In this document: in pieces, positions 1 to 10,340 of the stretch
How positions within the stretch are numbered: the stretch's first letter is position 1
Layout of the letters: each line of letters begins with the position of its first letter
DNA from: an uncultured delta proteobacterium
GTDB lineage: Bacteria; Myxococcota_A; Polyangia; Polyangiales; Houyiibacteriaceae
Assembly (NCBI GenBank): GCA_963699755.1
Contig: CAVOVB010000003.1
Coordinates: 128,001 to 192,000, forward strand
Reading direction: 5' to 3'
Length of the DNA stretch: 64,000 nt
Notes under the pieces: generated by a model
Seen by the model: the letters and a program-made list of their open reading frames with translations, nothing else
What the model was told of the DNA's origin: nothing
Database searches by the model: none
Position numbers and translations under genes: made by a program

Positions 1-2
1 CG

Positions 3-518
3 ACATTCTCGACGCAGTTCGACCCGAACGATGTCCCGAAGTTCGTGTACGAGGATCTACGCTCCACCTACGGCACGATTTTCAATGCGCTCGACGGACT
101 GCTCAAGGCGACTTTGGCTAAGCGCTACGTCGAGGTTTCCCTAGCGTCGCGGGGCGACGCGATGCACATCGGCGAGATTCAGGACGAGCGGTTCCTTCAG
201 TGCAGCCAGTTCGTCTTGGGCGTTCAGTCGTCGGTCGCCGAGAGCCAGGTCTCCTCGGTGCTGCCGAGGGTCGCCAAGCTGGCCAGCGTCTCCGACATCA
301 ACTCCTTGCTCGCCGCAGCCACGTCGGGTGTCGAGCTTCATGCAACCAACAAGGCTCCTCCTCAGATCCCCACGAAGGCAGGCATGACCTACTTTTTGGT
401 GGTCGCCGACAAGTTGTACTGGAGAAACATCCTGCTCGAGCGGCGGCTCGCGATGTACCTCCCAAGCCCGTTCACGCCGACCGACACCCAGGTGCGGATC
501 TACGGAATTCTGAGCTAG
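3..518 (+). CDS. tssK: T6SS baseplate subunit TssK, C-terminal part (5' truncated by window edge)
   Basis: Frame is open from base 3 (TFSTQFDPNDVPKFVYEDLRSTYGTIF). Ends with the TssK-like 'PPQIP..AG.TYF....LYW..I......AMYLP', directly upstream of tssL. Confidence 0.85.
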   Translation, partial: TFSTQFDPNDVPKFVYEDLRSTYGTIFNALDGLLKATLAKRYVEVSLASRGDAMHIGEIQDERFLQCSQFVLGVQSSVAESQVSSVLPRVAKLASVSDINSLLAAATSGVELHATNKAPPQIPTKAGMTYFLVVADKLYWRNILLERRLAMYLPSPFTPTDTQVRIYGILS

Positions 519-530
519 CAGGCGAACGCC

Positions 531-1211
531 ATGGACCGCGTCAACGAAGTCACCAGAGACGTTCTTTCCACCGTAGGGCAGCTGCGCTCGGTCGAGGAAA
601 TGGCGCTCGGGGATCCAAGTGCCCTCCAGGGTCAACTCCGTTCGTTGATCACAGACGCCATGCGCCAGGCCGCGACCCTCGGGTTCGCGCAGCACGACGT
701 CCAGGACATCGGGTACGCGCTGACGGCCCTGGTCGATGAAGTCATCATGCTCAAGGGCGGGCACCTCCGAGACTACTGGGCCGCCCACATGCTTCAGCTC
801 GAGCTCTTCAACGAGGCCACCGCTGGGCAGGGGTTGTTCGACCGAGTCCAGGTCTTGCTGACGGACCCAAGCCGGATTGAAGTGCTTCAAATCTACTACC
901 TCGTCCTGCTCTTCGGCTTTCAAGGGAAGTACCGAGTGCGCGGCGGCGAGATCGAGCTTGCCGATGTGACCGACCGCGTGCGCGACTCGATTCGCCGGAC
1001 CGGCACCCGAAAAGAGACCCTGCTTTCGCCCCACGGAGACAGGCCCGACTCACGAGCCGAGGGGATCAAGTCGAATCGCTCGCTCATCTGGGCAGCGCTC
1101 GGCGTGCTCGGGCTCGCCTTCCTCATCTACGTGGGGATGGCCTGGTCGTTGTCCTCGAAGGTCGACAGCGTGAGCGATGACTTCCAGGCGTTGAGCGCCG
1201 AGGTGGATTAG
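531..1211 (+). CDS. tssL: T6SS membrane protein TssL (DotU family), no OmpA domain
   Basis: YALTALVDE, LQLELFNEATAGQGLFDR and YYLVLLFGFQGKY motifs; single C-terminal TM helix. Confidence 0.93.
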   Translation: MDRVNEVTRDVLSTVGQLRSVEEMALGDPSALQGQLRSLITDAMRQAATLGFAQHDVQDIGYALTALVDEVIMLKGGHLRDYWAAHMLQLELFNEATAGQGLFDRVQVLLTDPSRIEVLQIYYLVLLFGFQGKYRVRGGEIELADVTDRVRDSIRRTGTRKETLLSPHGDRPDSRAEGIKSNRSLIWAALGVLGLAFLIYVGMAWSLSSKVDSVSDDFQALSAEVD

Positions 1212-1220
1212 GAGCGCACC

Positions 1221-4200
1221 GTGCTGAAGTATCTCATCGCCGCCATCGTGATCGTTGCCAGCTGGCTGGCCTGGTGGCTCGTCGAAGGGCTTCCGTTCTG
1301 GCTGCCGATCGCGCTCACGGTCGTGGCGGTGCTCGCCGTGATCGGGGTCATCGTCTATGCGCGAATCCAGTCGGCGAAGGCAGCGCGCGAGCTCGAAAAT
1401 GCGCTTGCGATGCAGGCCTCGCAGCAAATGCAGAGCGCGAGGCCGGATCTTCAGCCCGAGCTCGACGAGGTCCGAGCGGAGTTCAACAAAGCGATCAACG
1501 CGCTCAAAAGCTCGAAGCTCGGCCGAGGCCGCCGAGACGCGCTCTATATCTTGCCCTGGTACCTGATCATCGGCCCGCCAGGGTCGGGCAAGACGACGGC
1601 ACTTCGCAACTCGGGCCTCGAGTTTCCTCAACTTGCAGGCGGCAATCGCGGAGTTCGCGGCATCGGCGGGACGCGCAACTGCGATTGGTGGCTGACCAAC
1701 GAGGCGGTGCTCCTAGACACGGCAGGTCGATGGTCGACGCAGGAAGAGGACCACGACGAGTGGCTCGGTTTCCTCGGGATGCTGCGGAAGTACCGGAAGC
1801 GAAAGCCTCTGAACGGAATCATCGTCACGCTGAGCGTCGTGGAGCTGGCCGAGGCGTCCAGCGAGCAGCTCTCCGAGATCGCCAAGCGGATGCGCGAGCG
1901 TGTCGACGAGGCGATGGCCGAGCTGAAAATGGCGCTTCCGGTCTACGTGCTCTTCACCAAGTGCGATTTGATGTCGGGGTTCGTCGAAACCTTTGGGAGC
2001 CTGTCCAAAGACGAACGCAGCGTCGTCTGGGGCTTCACCGTGCCTCTGAGAGAGGACGGGAACCCGGGCGCCATGTTCGAGGAGCATTTCGAGGAATTGC
2101 TTCGCGCCTTGCAAGGCTTCTGCGTCGGCAGGCTCGATGAGGAGCGCCAGCTCGAGAAGCGGCACAAGGTGTTTGGCCTTCCCCAGCAACTCGGGGAGCT
2201 GAACCGCTGCTTCACCGATTTCATCAAGCAGCTCTTTGCCGAAAACGTGTTCAGCGACACGCCGATGATGCGGGGCGTCTATTTCGCAAGTGGGACCCAA
2301 GAGGGGCGCCCATTTGATCTGATTCTGCAGCGGCTCGCGAGCGCCTACAACTTGCATGGGATCGCCGAGCAAGAGCACCATGTCGAGCCCAAGGGCTATT
2401 TCCTGCGCGATCTGTTCCGCAAGGTCATTTTCCCCGATCGCAATCTCGCGCTCCGTAGCGAGGCAGAGCGCAAGCGCCAGCGCAACATCTACTACGCTGC
2501 AGTGGGTTCCGTGTTCATGCTCGCGGGGCTTCTTTTGACGTTGCCCGCCATCTCCTGCGTCGGGAACCGCCGGATGATCAATCGCGTCGCCGAAGAAGGC
2601 GAAACCCTTGCGGGCGAGGTCCAGAAGGCCAAGCGAGCCATGCTCTCGCCGAAGGCATACATACCTTTGGTGCAGGAGCTCGCGACTTTGCGAGAGTACG
2701 ACCAAGACGGCGCGCCGGTGAAGATGCGCTCCGGTCTCTATCAGGGTGACGACGTGCTCGCGTCGGCAGCGGAGCTTTTCGGCAACGTGTTTCAAAGCAA
2801 TGTGGTCCGTCCTCTGTATGAAGAGGAGACGGCCCGCATGGCGGACTTCGGACGTGTTTACGATGCGGATCCGAACGCGATTCCAACCGGGGGCGAATAC
2901 GTCGACAATCTCGATCGGCTCCGGCTGCACTTGTTGCTCACATCTCCCAAGGAAGATGACGAACCCCCACTGAGCGAAGAGGATCTCGCGAACTCGCTGG
3001 CCGATGCGATTGCCGAGCGCTGGGCGGTCGCCAAGGAGCTGCCCAGGATGGGCAACGACGAGGATGAAGAAGGCGATTCAGAGGCGAAGCAAGCAGCCCT
3101 TGCGTATGTGACAATTCTGTCGGAAAGCGACACGCTCGGGTTCCGGCGCGAGACCGGCGTCGTCGAGCGAGCCCGCAGCGGCTTGTCCCGCGTCTCCGGG
3201 GTCGACTTGGTCATCGATGGCCTCGTCCGCCGCTACCAGAGTGCGGGCCCTGAGATCACCGTCCGGCGGATCGTGGGCAGCGGTGTTCCCGCGCTCCGAG
3301 GCCGACGCGCCGTCCGTCCGGCATTCACGAAGCGAGTTTGGGAGGAGCATCTGCGCGACCTGTTTTCGGGTGAAGCCGAGGGCTTGGTCGGGGACATGTG
3401 GGTGCTTGGCGAGTACGCCACCCGAACCGCAACCGACGCGGACGTCGATGTGGAGACCTATCTCAAGCAACTGCGGTCCCGCTACTTCGAGCGATACATC
3501 GACGAATGGCGCGAGTTCATTCGAGGCCTCGAAGTGGATCCACCAATTGAGACCACCGCGGCCCTCGGGGCCTTGCAGGACTTGACCCGGGGGCGCCCCA
3601 CCGCCTACGGGCGACTGTTCATCGAGATCAATCGAAACGTCGATCTCCGCGAGAAGAAGGCTGCCCTCGTCGAAAAGGTGGAGGGGGCGATCGAGAAGAC
3701 TGCGAAAAGCGCCGGTCTCCGGCGCCCGGCGGATTCGGAGGACCTCCGCGAGGAGGATGTCTACGGCGCGTTTCGTGATTTCGTTCGATTCGGCGTGCCC
3801 GAGACGCCCGAGGAAGAAGGCGCAGCCCCGCAGCCAACCGCCCTCGACATCTACGACGAGCAGCTGCTCTTCCTTCGCAATGCCCTTCAGGCAAAAATCG
3901 ACGACCCATCGAGCTCCAGCCTTTCGCAGGACTTGACTGTCGCTCGAGCGGAAACCACCGGCTTGATCAACGAGCAAGACGTCGGCTGGCGCCCCGCATT
4001 CGAGGCACTTCTCTGGCCCCCGATCGAGGGCGCCTCGATGAGTTACAGCCACGCGGTTGCATCGGTCGCGGGGCGAGCCTGGTGCAATGCGGTTTCTGCA
4101 CCCTACCGGCAAACGCTTCACGGTCGCTACCCGCTTCGCGAAGGAGCGGAAGACGTGCCCATCGCGGACTTCGCCGCGTTCTACCGCCCCAACGACGGGA

Positions 4201-4823
4201 TTCTCTGGAAGTTCTACGGGGACTATCTCAAGGGCCGCATTCCGCGGCGCGGCGATTCATTCGAGTTCACCACGACACTCGGAATGCCGGCGAGCCAAGT
4301 GCATACGCAATCCTTGCGCCGGTATCTCGACCGAGGGTGGAAAATCACCCAGTCGCTCTTTCCCTCGGGGAGCGCCGACCCTCGCGTCGACTTCGACGTC
4401 CGTATTCGGCCAGCACCGAGGGTCGCCGAGCAGGTGTTGGCGATCGGTGGACGTACGATCCGTTACTACAATGGTCCCGAAGAATGGACCCGGATGTCTT
4501 GGCCGGGCGATTCGCCGGGCGAAGGCGCTTCCATCCAGATTCGAGGCGCTGGCGGAATGCGTGAGACGATCACACGCGAAGACGGCTGGGGCTTGTTTCG
4601 TTTGATTGAAGAAGGGAGCGCGAAGCGGATCGACAGCCGCACCTTCACGGTCATCTGGAGGCTTCGAAGTCACGACGTGGATGTCCAGATCGACTTCCGC
4701 ATGGCGCGCCGCAATTCGCCCTTTTTCGCGACAGATGGCCGGAAGGTCTTGGACATCTTTCGGGGCCAGGATGTCGAAGCGCCGCGGGAAATCGTAACCG
4801 GCCGAAACCTTTGCGGCGGGTGA
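1221..4823 (+). CDS. tssM: T6SS membrane complex subunit TssM (IcmF)
   Basis: N-terminal TMs, LPWYLIIGPPGSGKTT Walker A, GGTRNCDWW, LLDTAGR, PVYVLFTKCD, RGVYFASGTQEG; 1200 aa. Confidence 0.95.
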   Translation: MLKYLIAAIVIVASWLAWWLVEGLPFWLPIALTVVAVLAVIGVIVYARIQSAKAARELENALAMQASQQMQSARPDLQPELDEVRAEFNKAINALKSSKLGRGRRDALYILPWYLIIGPPGSGKTTALRNSGLEFPQLAGGNRGVRGIGGTRNCDWWLTNEAVLLDTAGRWSTQEEDHDEWLGFLGMLRKYRKRKPLNGIIVTLSVVELAEASSEQLSEIAKRMRERVDEAMAELKMALPVYVLFTKCDLMSGFVETFGSLSKDERSVVWGFTVPLREDGNPGAMFEEHFEELLRALQGFCVGRLDEERQLEKRHKVFGLPQQLGELNRCFTDFIKQLFAENVFSDTPMMRGVYFASGTQEGRPFDLILQRLASAYNLHGIAEQEHHVEPKGYFLRDLFRKVIFPDRNLALRSEAERKRQRNIYYAAVGSVFMLAGLLLTLPAISCVGNRRMINRVAEEGETLAGEVQKAKRAMLSPKAYIPLVQELATLREYDQDGAPVKMRSGLYQGDDVLASAAELFGNVFQSNVVRPLYEEETARMADFGRVYDADPNAIPTGGEYVDNLDRLRLHLLLTSPKEDDEPPLSEEDLANSLADAIAERWAVAKELPRMGNDEDEEGDSEAKQAALAYVTILSESDTLGFRRETGVVERARSGLSRVSGVDLVIDGLVRRYQSAGPEITVRRIVGSGVPALRGRRAVRPAFTKRVWEEHLRDLFSGEAEGLVGDMWVLGEYATRTATDADVDVETYLKQLRSRYFERYIDEWREFIRGLEVDPPIETTAALGALQDLTRGRPTAYGRLFIEINRNVDLREKKAALVEKVEGAIEKTAKSAGLRRPADSEDLREEDVYGAFRDFVRFGVPETPEEEGAAPQPTALDIYDEQLLFLRNALQAKIDDPSSSSLSQDLTVARAETTGLINEQDVGWRPAFEALLWPPIEGASMSYSHAVASVAGRAWCNAVSAPYRQTLHGRYPLREGAEDVPIADFAAFYRPNDGILWKFYGDYLKGRIPRRGDSFEFTTTLGMPASQVHTQSLRRYLDRGWKITQSLFPSGSADPRVDFDVRIRPAPRVAEQVLAIGGRTIRYYNGPEEWTRMSWPGDSPGEGASIQIRGAGGMRETITREDGWGLFRLIEEGSAKRIDSRTFTVIWRLRSHDVDVQIDFRMARRNSPFFATDGRKVLDIFRGQDVEAPREIVTGRNLCGG

Positions 4824-4829
4824 GGGGTC

Positions 4830-5729
4830 ATGAGCTCGATTGCCTTTTTCGGAAAGATGCCAAAGGCCGCAGACTTCGTTCGGCGAGGCGTCTCGACACC
4901 GGCAATGCGCGACTTCGAGAACTGGTTTCACAGCGCCTACACCGAGCTTCGGGGAGCGGGAGCGCCAGGCTTAATGCATCAGTGCCATTTGATTCTTCCC
5001 ATCCGGAACGACGTTAACGGTGTGATGGCCGTGCTCGCCGTGCCGAGCCGCGATCGAATCGGGCGTGAGTTTCCGGTCGTCGTAGCCGCCTTCGTTGCGC
5101 GTGAACGACTGCCTCGACGCTTCGCCCCCCTCATCCTGGCTTTCACGCGCTTCTGGGACGCCACGCGGGCAGCGATCGATGACCATCAAGAAGGAGAACC
5201 AGAAGCTCTTTGGCAGGCGATCCAGTCTCTGTCGCCACCGAGCGCGGCCGAGCTTTCCGAGGCGGAGACGCGCTGCGCCGAGCTCCTGCAAAACCTCGGT
5301 GCACGACAAATGGAGCAGGAATGCTTCTCGGAGCCCAACGACCGCTTCTACGCGTATCACACGCTTCGCCTTGCGATTCGGGATGCCTCCGACAGCCGGG
5401 TCTTGATGTGCCCAGCCGCAGGTCATCCAGGCTATCGCGCCTTCTGGGTCGAGACCGTGGAGCGCGGAACGGCGCACAAAGTCCCGCTGCCCACCATGTG
5501 GCTCGAAGGCGCCAGCGCCCCACGGGGCACCCTGGTGGCGCTGGGGAAGGCGCCGAGCGCCATGCTTCGCTATGTCACCGGTCACGGGCACCAATCGAAT
5601 TCGCTCTGGCCCCTCACAACGCAGAATACCGGCGCCCAGGAACGCTCCAAGATCGCTCTTGCTGGCGAGGACTGGGAGGACACGGACCAGAACTTAAGTA
5701 GACTGATCGATGTAGTCCTGGGTACTTAG
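4830..5729 (+). CDS. tagF: T6SS-associated protein TagF
   Basis: N-terminal FFGKMPKAADFV and PSRDRIGREFP motifs; located right after tssM. Confidence 0.85.
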   Translation: MSSIAFFGKMPKAADFVRRGVSTPAMRDFENWFHSAYTELRGAGAPGLMHQCHLILPIRNDVNGVMAVLAVPSRDRIGREFPVVVAAFVARERLPRRFAPLILAFTRFWDATRAAIDDHQEGEPEALWQAIQSLSPPSAAELSEAETRCAELLQNLGARQMEQECFSEPNDRFYAYHTLRLAIRDASDSRVLMCPAAGHPGYRAFWVETVERGTAHKVPLPTMWLEGASAPRGTLVALGKAPSAMLRYVTGHGHQSNSLWPLTTQNTGAQERSKIALAGEDWEDTDQNLSRLIDVVLGT

Positions 5730-5762
5730 AGCTCAGGTCTCCTCTTCCTAGCGTGACGCAAG

Positions 5763-8153
5763 ATGACGGAACCAACGCCCGAGCCGAATGTTTCGCAGCC
5801 ACCGGTCGCCGAGCAACCTGCGGCCGATCCGATCGAAGCGAAGCTCGCGGAGCTGTCGGAGCCCTTCGTAGCGCCGATCCAAGGTTCCAACCCGGCAGGG
5901 GAAAACGCGAGATTCGACGAGCGGCACGAAGCGATTCGAAACCAGGTCGACAAGCTTGGTAGGCCCGAGGCCGAAGAGCTGGACTGGGGTCTCATCGAGG
6001 AGGCAGGACGCGCGCTCCTGACCGAGAAGTCGAAGGACTATTTGATCGCGAGTTACTTCGGCGTGGCGGCCTATGTGCGGACTGGGCCCCGGGGGCTCAT
6101 CGAAGGGCTGTGCGCACTCTCCGCCTTGCTCGAGCACTACTGGGACAATGGCTTCCCTCCGCCAGACCGTTTGCGCGCGCGAGTCAATGCAATCGATTGG
6201 TTCGTCGATCGAGTCGGCGCGTTCGGCGACCGAGCACCCAAGACGGTTCAGCAGGACGATCTCCAAATGCTGAGCCGCGCCGCCAAGAGGTTCCAAGGCT
6301 TAGTCCTCGATCGCTTTGGAGAGGAGATCCCGAACATCTACGGCTTGAAAGAGACGCTCGAGCGACTCGAGCTCTCGATTGTTGGGCAATCTGACGGCCA
6401 GCCGCATGCCCAGGACGGGCAGCCTGGGGCACCTTCGGCTGCTGATCCAAGCCCCGCACCGTCCTCCGCCGCGACATCTTTGGGCCCTGCACCGCCCGAA
6501 GGGGGTGCTCCGGTTGCGCCGCAGCCGGCCGGAGGTTCCCCCGAGGCGAAGCTCGCCGCGCTGGCCCAGGCGTTCACGGACCCCATCCCCGGTGGGAGCA
6601 GGGCCGGCGAGAATGCGCGCCATGACGAAAAGCACGAGGCGATTCGAAACGAAGTCGACAAGCTAGGAAAGCCCACAGCGGAGGAAGTGGACTGGGAGCT
6701 CGTCCGTGAGGTGGGGGGTGCGCTGCTCACCAGCAAGTCGAAGGACTTCTTGATCGCAAGCTACTTCGCGGTGGCTTCCTACGTTCGGGGAGGGGTCGAG
6801 GGCCTGGTGACTGGGCTCGCGGCGCTCTCGGCCCTCCTGCGCAACTACTGGGACGACGGCTATCCACCGGTCGCTCGCATTCGCGCGAGAGCGAATGCGC
6901 TCGATTGGTTCATCGACCGGGTCGAATCACTCGGAGACCTCGCCCCCAAATCCGTCAAGGCGGGCGATCTCGAGCTGCTCGGCTTTGCGGCCAAGCAGCT
7001 CGAGGAGCTGGTCTTGGAACGCTTCGAGGACGAGAGCCCCAACGTCCACCGGTTGAAGGAGATTCTGCAACAAATCGAGCTGGCTGTCGCGAAGCAGGCG
7101 CCCGCCCAGCCCGTAGCCCCGACCCAAAGCCCCAGTCCCAGTCCGGCCAGAACCCAGCCCGAAGCCCCGACACAAGGCCAACCGACGCCGGTTGCGGCCG
7201 TCCAGCTCGCGACGCCAACAGCGCAGCTGAACGATCCGGCACAGGTCAATAAGTTCCTCAGGGAACTGGGTGAATCGGTACACAAGGCATCCCGCGCGCT
7301 ATTCAAGGCGTCCAAAGAAGACCCCCTCGCATACCGTCTCTGCCGTCTGGGCCTGTACGTGTCTTTCCAGCAGGCTCCGCCCGCAACCAATGGAAACCAA
7401 ACCATGGTGCCCCCTCCGCCTCCCGATCGAGAAGCCCATCTGAATGCTCTTCTCAGCGCACGGAACTGGCCGGTGCTCCTCGACGAAGCCGAGTCAGGGT
7501 TGGCGAGCGCGCGCCTCTGGCTCGATCAGCATCGCTACGTGGCTCTGGCGCTCGCGGGTCTGGGCCATGAAAAGGCCAAGGAGACGGTCGTTGCGGAGAC
7601 TGCCGCGCTCATCCGGCGCCTTCCCGAGCTGCCGGAACTTGCCTTCAGCGACGGCTTTCCATTTGCGAGTCCTGCAACCCGGGACTGGCTGGGCTCCCTG
7701 TCTCCAAACGCCACGGAATCGACTGGGCTTGGGGTGACCGATTCCGCTGAGCCCGGGGCCTTCGAGGAGAGACTCGCGGAGGCCCATAAGCTAGCCGTCG
7801 GCGGAAAGCTCGGAGAGGCGGTCGAGAAACTCGGCCGCGTGATCGACTCCGGAGCGACCTCGGGCCGGGATCGGTTCCGCGCCAAGCTTGCCATGGCAAA
7901 CGCCTGTTCCCGAGCTGGCTCCGCCGCGCTTGCCGAAGGCATTCTAGCCAGCTTAAGTGAGGAAATTCGGCAGTTTCGGCTCCAAGAATGGGAACCTAAG
8001 ATGGCTGAAGCATGTTATCGTGCGCGCTACGAGGCCTTGGCTGCAATGGCAGGTGAGAGCGCAAAGTCGAGAGATGAGCTCGTGGATATTTACCGCCAGC
8101 TCTGCGGAGTAGCCCCTGCGGCGGCATTGAAATTGGGCAAACCCCCAGGTTGA
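5763..8153 (+). CDS. tssA: T6SS protein TssA with duplicated ImpA_N domain and VasJ-type C-terminus
   Basis: Two 'P.....AGENAR...DW......LL..KSKD.LIASY...GL..L..LL..YWD..PP...RAR.NA.DW' units; C-terminal 'LWLDQHRY...PEL.FSDG.PFA...T..W' and 'L.EWEP' motifs. Confidence 0.9.
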   Translation: MTEPTPEPNVSQPPVAEQPAADPIEAKLAELSEPFVAPIQGSNPAGENARFDERHEAIRNQVDKLGRPEAEELDWGLIEEAGRALLTEKSKDYLIASYFGVAAYVRTGPRGLIEGLCALSALLEHYWDNGFPPPDRLRARVNAIDWFVDRVGAFGDRAPKTVQQDDLQMLSRAAKRFQGLVLDRFGEEIPNIYGLKETLERLELSIVGQSDGQPHAQDGQPGAPSAADPSPAPSSAATSLGPAPPEGGAPVAPQPAGGSPEAKLAALAQAFTDPIPGGSRAGENARHDEKHEAIRNEVDKLGKPTAEEVDWELVREVGGALLTSKSKDFLIASYFAVASYVRGGVEGLVTGLAALSALLRNYWDDGYPPVARIRARANALDWFIDRVESLGDLAPKSVKAGDLELLGFAAKQLEELVLERFEDESPNVHRLKEILQQIELAVAKQAPAQPVAPTQSPSPSPARTQPEAPTQGQPTPVAAVQLATPTAQLNDPAQVNKFLRELGESVHKASRALFKASKEDPLAYRLCRLGLYVSFQQAPPATNGNQTMVPPPPPDREAHLNALLSARNWPVLLDEAESGLASARLWLDQHRYVALALAGLGHEKAKETVVAETAALIRRLPELPELAFSDGFPFASPATRDWLGSLSPNATESTGLGVTDSAEPGAFEERLAEAHKLAVGGKLGEAVEKLGRVIDSGATSGRDRFRAKLAMANACSRAGSAALAEGILASLSEEIRQFRLQEWEPKMAEACYRARYEALAAMAGESAKSRDELVDIYRQLCGVAPAAALKLGKPPG
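5835..7089 (+). repeat. Intragenic tandem duplication in tssA (copies about 5835-6380 and 6543-7089)
   Basis: Ungapped 182-aa alignment, about 60% identical by hand count, separated by a Pro/Ala-rich linker. Confidence 0.92.
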
Positions 8154-8195
8154 CCTGTATGACGGTCGAGGCGCCGATTCGAAGAGGAGTGAACG

Positions 8196-8804
8196 ATGGC
8201 CAAGAAAGAACAGACCGTAGCGCCCAAAGAGCGGGTCAACATCACATACAAAGCCAAGGTTGGTGACGCGACCGAAGAGCGCGAGCTCCCTCTCAAAATC
8301 CTGGCGGTCGGTGACTACACGGGTAGGCCTGATGAGCGGCAAGTCGAGGACCGCGACCCAATCAACATCGACAAGGACAACTTCAACGCCGTGATGGCAG
8401 AGCAGAAGCTGGCGGTCGAAGTATCCGTGCCCGACCGTCTGAGCGGAGATGGGGATCTCGGCGTTTCGCTGAAGTTCGAGACTTTGAAAGATTTCACTCC
8501 TGCAGGCCTCGCGAAGCAGGTTCCCGAGCTAAAAGATCTGCTGGCGATGCGAGAAGCCCTCGTCGCTGTGCGTGGGCCCCTCGGCGGGTTCCCAAAGTTC
8601 AGGCGCGCAGTTGAGGCGATCCTCAAGGACCCGGAGAAAGTGGCCCGCTTGATGGCGGAGCTGAAGGAAGACGAAAGCGTCGCAACGCCTGCCGAGGCAA
8701 GTGCTTCGGCTGCGACGGAAGGCGAAGCACCGAGCGGGGGTGAAGGTGGCGGGGAGCCCAGTGAAGAAGGAGAACCCTCCGGCGAGGGTCCGCAGCAGGG
8801 CTGA
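8196..8804 (+). CDS. tssB: T6SS contractile sheath small subunit TssB (VipA)
   Basis: APKERVNITY, ELPLKILAVGDY, IDKDNFNAVM, F.P...AKQVPELK.LL.MREAL; RBS GAGGAG; acidic C-terminal tail. Confidence 0.95.
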   Translation: MAKKEQTVAPKERVNITYKAKVGDATEERELPLKILAVGDYTGRPDERQVEDRDPINIDKDNFNAVMAEQKLAVEVSVPDRLSGDGDLGVSLKFETLKDFTPAGLAKQVPELKDLLAMREALVAVRGPLGGFPKFRRAVEAILKDPEKVARLMAELKEDESVATPAEASASAATEGEAPSGGEGGGEPSEEGEPSGEGPQQG

Positions 8805-8857
8805 CGAGCAGCGTCCCCGAGACGTTTTGCGACAGTAGGAGAATGTGGAGAGCAAGC

Positions 8858-10333
8858 ATGGCCGAACAAGAGGAACAAGCGAAACAAGTCATCGTCGAGG
8901 AAGACTCCTTGCTCGAACAGATGCTCGAGGATGCGAAGGTCAGGCCTGACGATGAGGCATACGGCACCACGGCTCTCGGGCTGAAGCAACTACTCCGGGA
9001 GATGCTTGCCCCCGACAAGAAGGGCGGGCGGGTCGACAAGAAGGCCGTCGATCGGATGATCGCCGAAATCGACGCGCGTCTCTCGAAGCAGGTCAACGAG
9101 GTACTTCACCACCCCGATGTGCAGAAGCTAGAGTCTGCGTGGCGCGGATTGAAGTACCTCGTCGACCAAGTCGACTTCCGCGAGAACACCAAGGTCGAGT
9201 TCCTCAACGTCTCCAAAGATGACCTCACGGCTGATTTCGAAGATACGCCGGAGATCCCGAAGTCGGGTCTGTACCAGAAAGTTTATGCTCGCGAATACGG
9301 CGTCTTCGGCGGCTCTCCTGTCGGATTGATCGTCGCAAACTACGAGTTCGATCAGAGCCAGGGTGACATCGAGCTCTTGCGCAATTGTGCCGCGGTATCG
9401 GCCATGGCACACGCGCCGTTTGTAACCAACGCGTCGCCAAAGTTCTTTGGTTGCGACAGCTGGCTGGAAGTGCCCAAGCTCCGCGATCTCCAAGCGATCT
9501 TCGAGAGCCCCAAATATGCGGCTTGGAATTCGTTCCGCGAGAGCGAAGACGCTCGATACGTGGGTCTCGTGGGGCCTCGATTCTTGCTTCGACGCACCTA
9601 CGGTCAGGAAAACATTCCCGTCAAGGAGTTCAACTTCGAGGAGGACGTGGTCGGAAATCACGACTCTTATCTTTGGGGAGGCTCCGCGACAGCGTTAGCC
9701 ACTCGCGTCGCGAATTCCTTCGCGAACTTCCGCTGGTGTCCCAATATCATTGGTCCCAACGCGGGAGGCGCGGTCGAGAATCTGCCGCTCCATCAATATG
9801 AGGCGATGGGTGAGCTGCAAACAAAGATCCCCACCGAGGTTCAGCTCACCTTGCGCCGCGAGTTCGAGATGTCCGAGCAAGGGTTCATCGGCCTCACCTA
9901 CCGCAAGGACACCGACAACGCGGCGTTCTTCTCGGCCAACTCAGCCCAGAAGCCGAAGCGTTTCCCGGACACGCCCGAGGGCAAGACGGCGGAAACCAAC
10001 TACCGGCTCGGAACGATGCTTCCCTACGTTTTCATCGTTTCGCGGCTGGCTCACTACCTCAAGGTGCTCCAGACCGAGCACATCGGGAGCTGGAAAGAGC
10101 GTGCCGACCTCGAGCGAGAGCTCAACAAGTGGATCTCGCAGTATGTCACCGAGATGGACAACCCGGCTCCGGCCGTCCGCGCTAGGAAGCCGCTACGAGA
10201 AGCGCGAGTCGCCGTCGAGAACGTCGATGGTCAGCCTGGCTGGTACCGTTGCAAGCTCGAGGTGAGGCCCTTCTTCAAGTACATGGGCGCCGACTTCACG
10301 CTTTCGCTCGTTGGCAAGCTCGACAAGGAGTAG
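8858..10333 (+). CDS. tssC: T6SS contractile sheath large subunit TssC (VipB)
   Basis: QKLESAWRGL, EYGVFGGSP, AMAHAPF, SRLAHYLKV, IGSWKER, PLREA motifs. Start set at ATG 8858 after GGAG (ORF track gives 8843). Confidence 0.96.
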   Translation: MAEQEEQAKQVIVEEDSLLEQMLEDAKVRPDDEAYGTTALGLKQLLREMLAPDKKGGRVDKKAVDRMIAEIDARLSKQVNEVLHHPDVQKLESAWRGLKYLVDQVDFRENTKVEFLNVSKDDLTADFEDTPEIPKSGLYQKVYAREYGVFGGSPVGLIVANYEFDQSQGDIELLRNCAAVSAMAHAPFVTNASPKFFGCDSWLEVPKLRDLQAIFESPKYAAWNSFRESEDARYVGLVGPRFLLRRTYGQENIPVKEFNFEEDVVGNHDSYLWGGSATALATRVANSFANFRWCPNIIGPNAGGAVENLPLHQYEAMGELQTKIPTEVQLTLRREFEMSEQGFIGLTYRKDTDNAAFFSANSAQKPKRFPDTPEGKTAETNYRLGTMLPYVFIVSRLAHYLKVLQTEHIGSWKERADLERELNKWISQYVTEMDNPAPAVRARKPLREARVAVENVDGQPGWYRCKLEVRPFFKYMGADFTLSLVGKLDKE

Positions 10334-10340
10334 CTCGACT

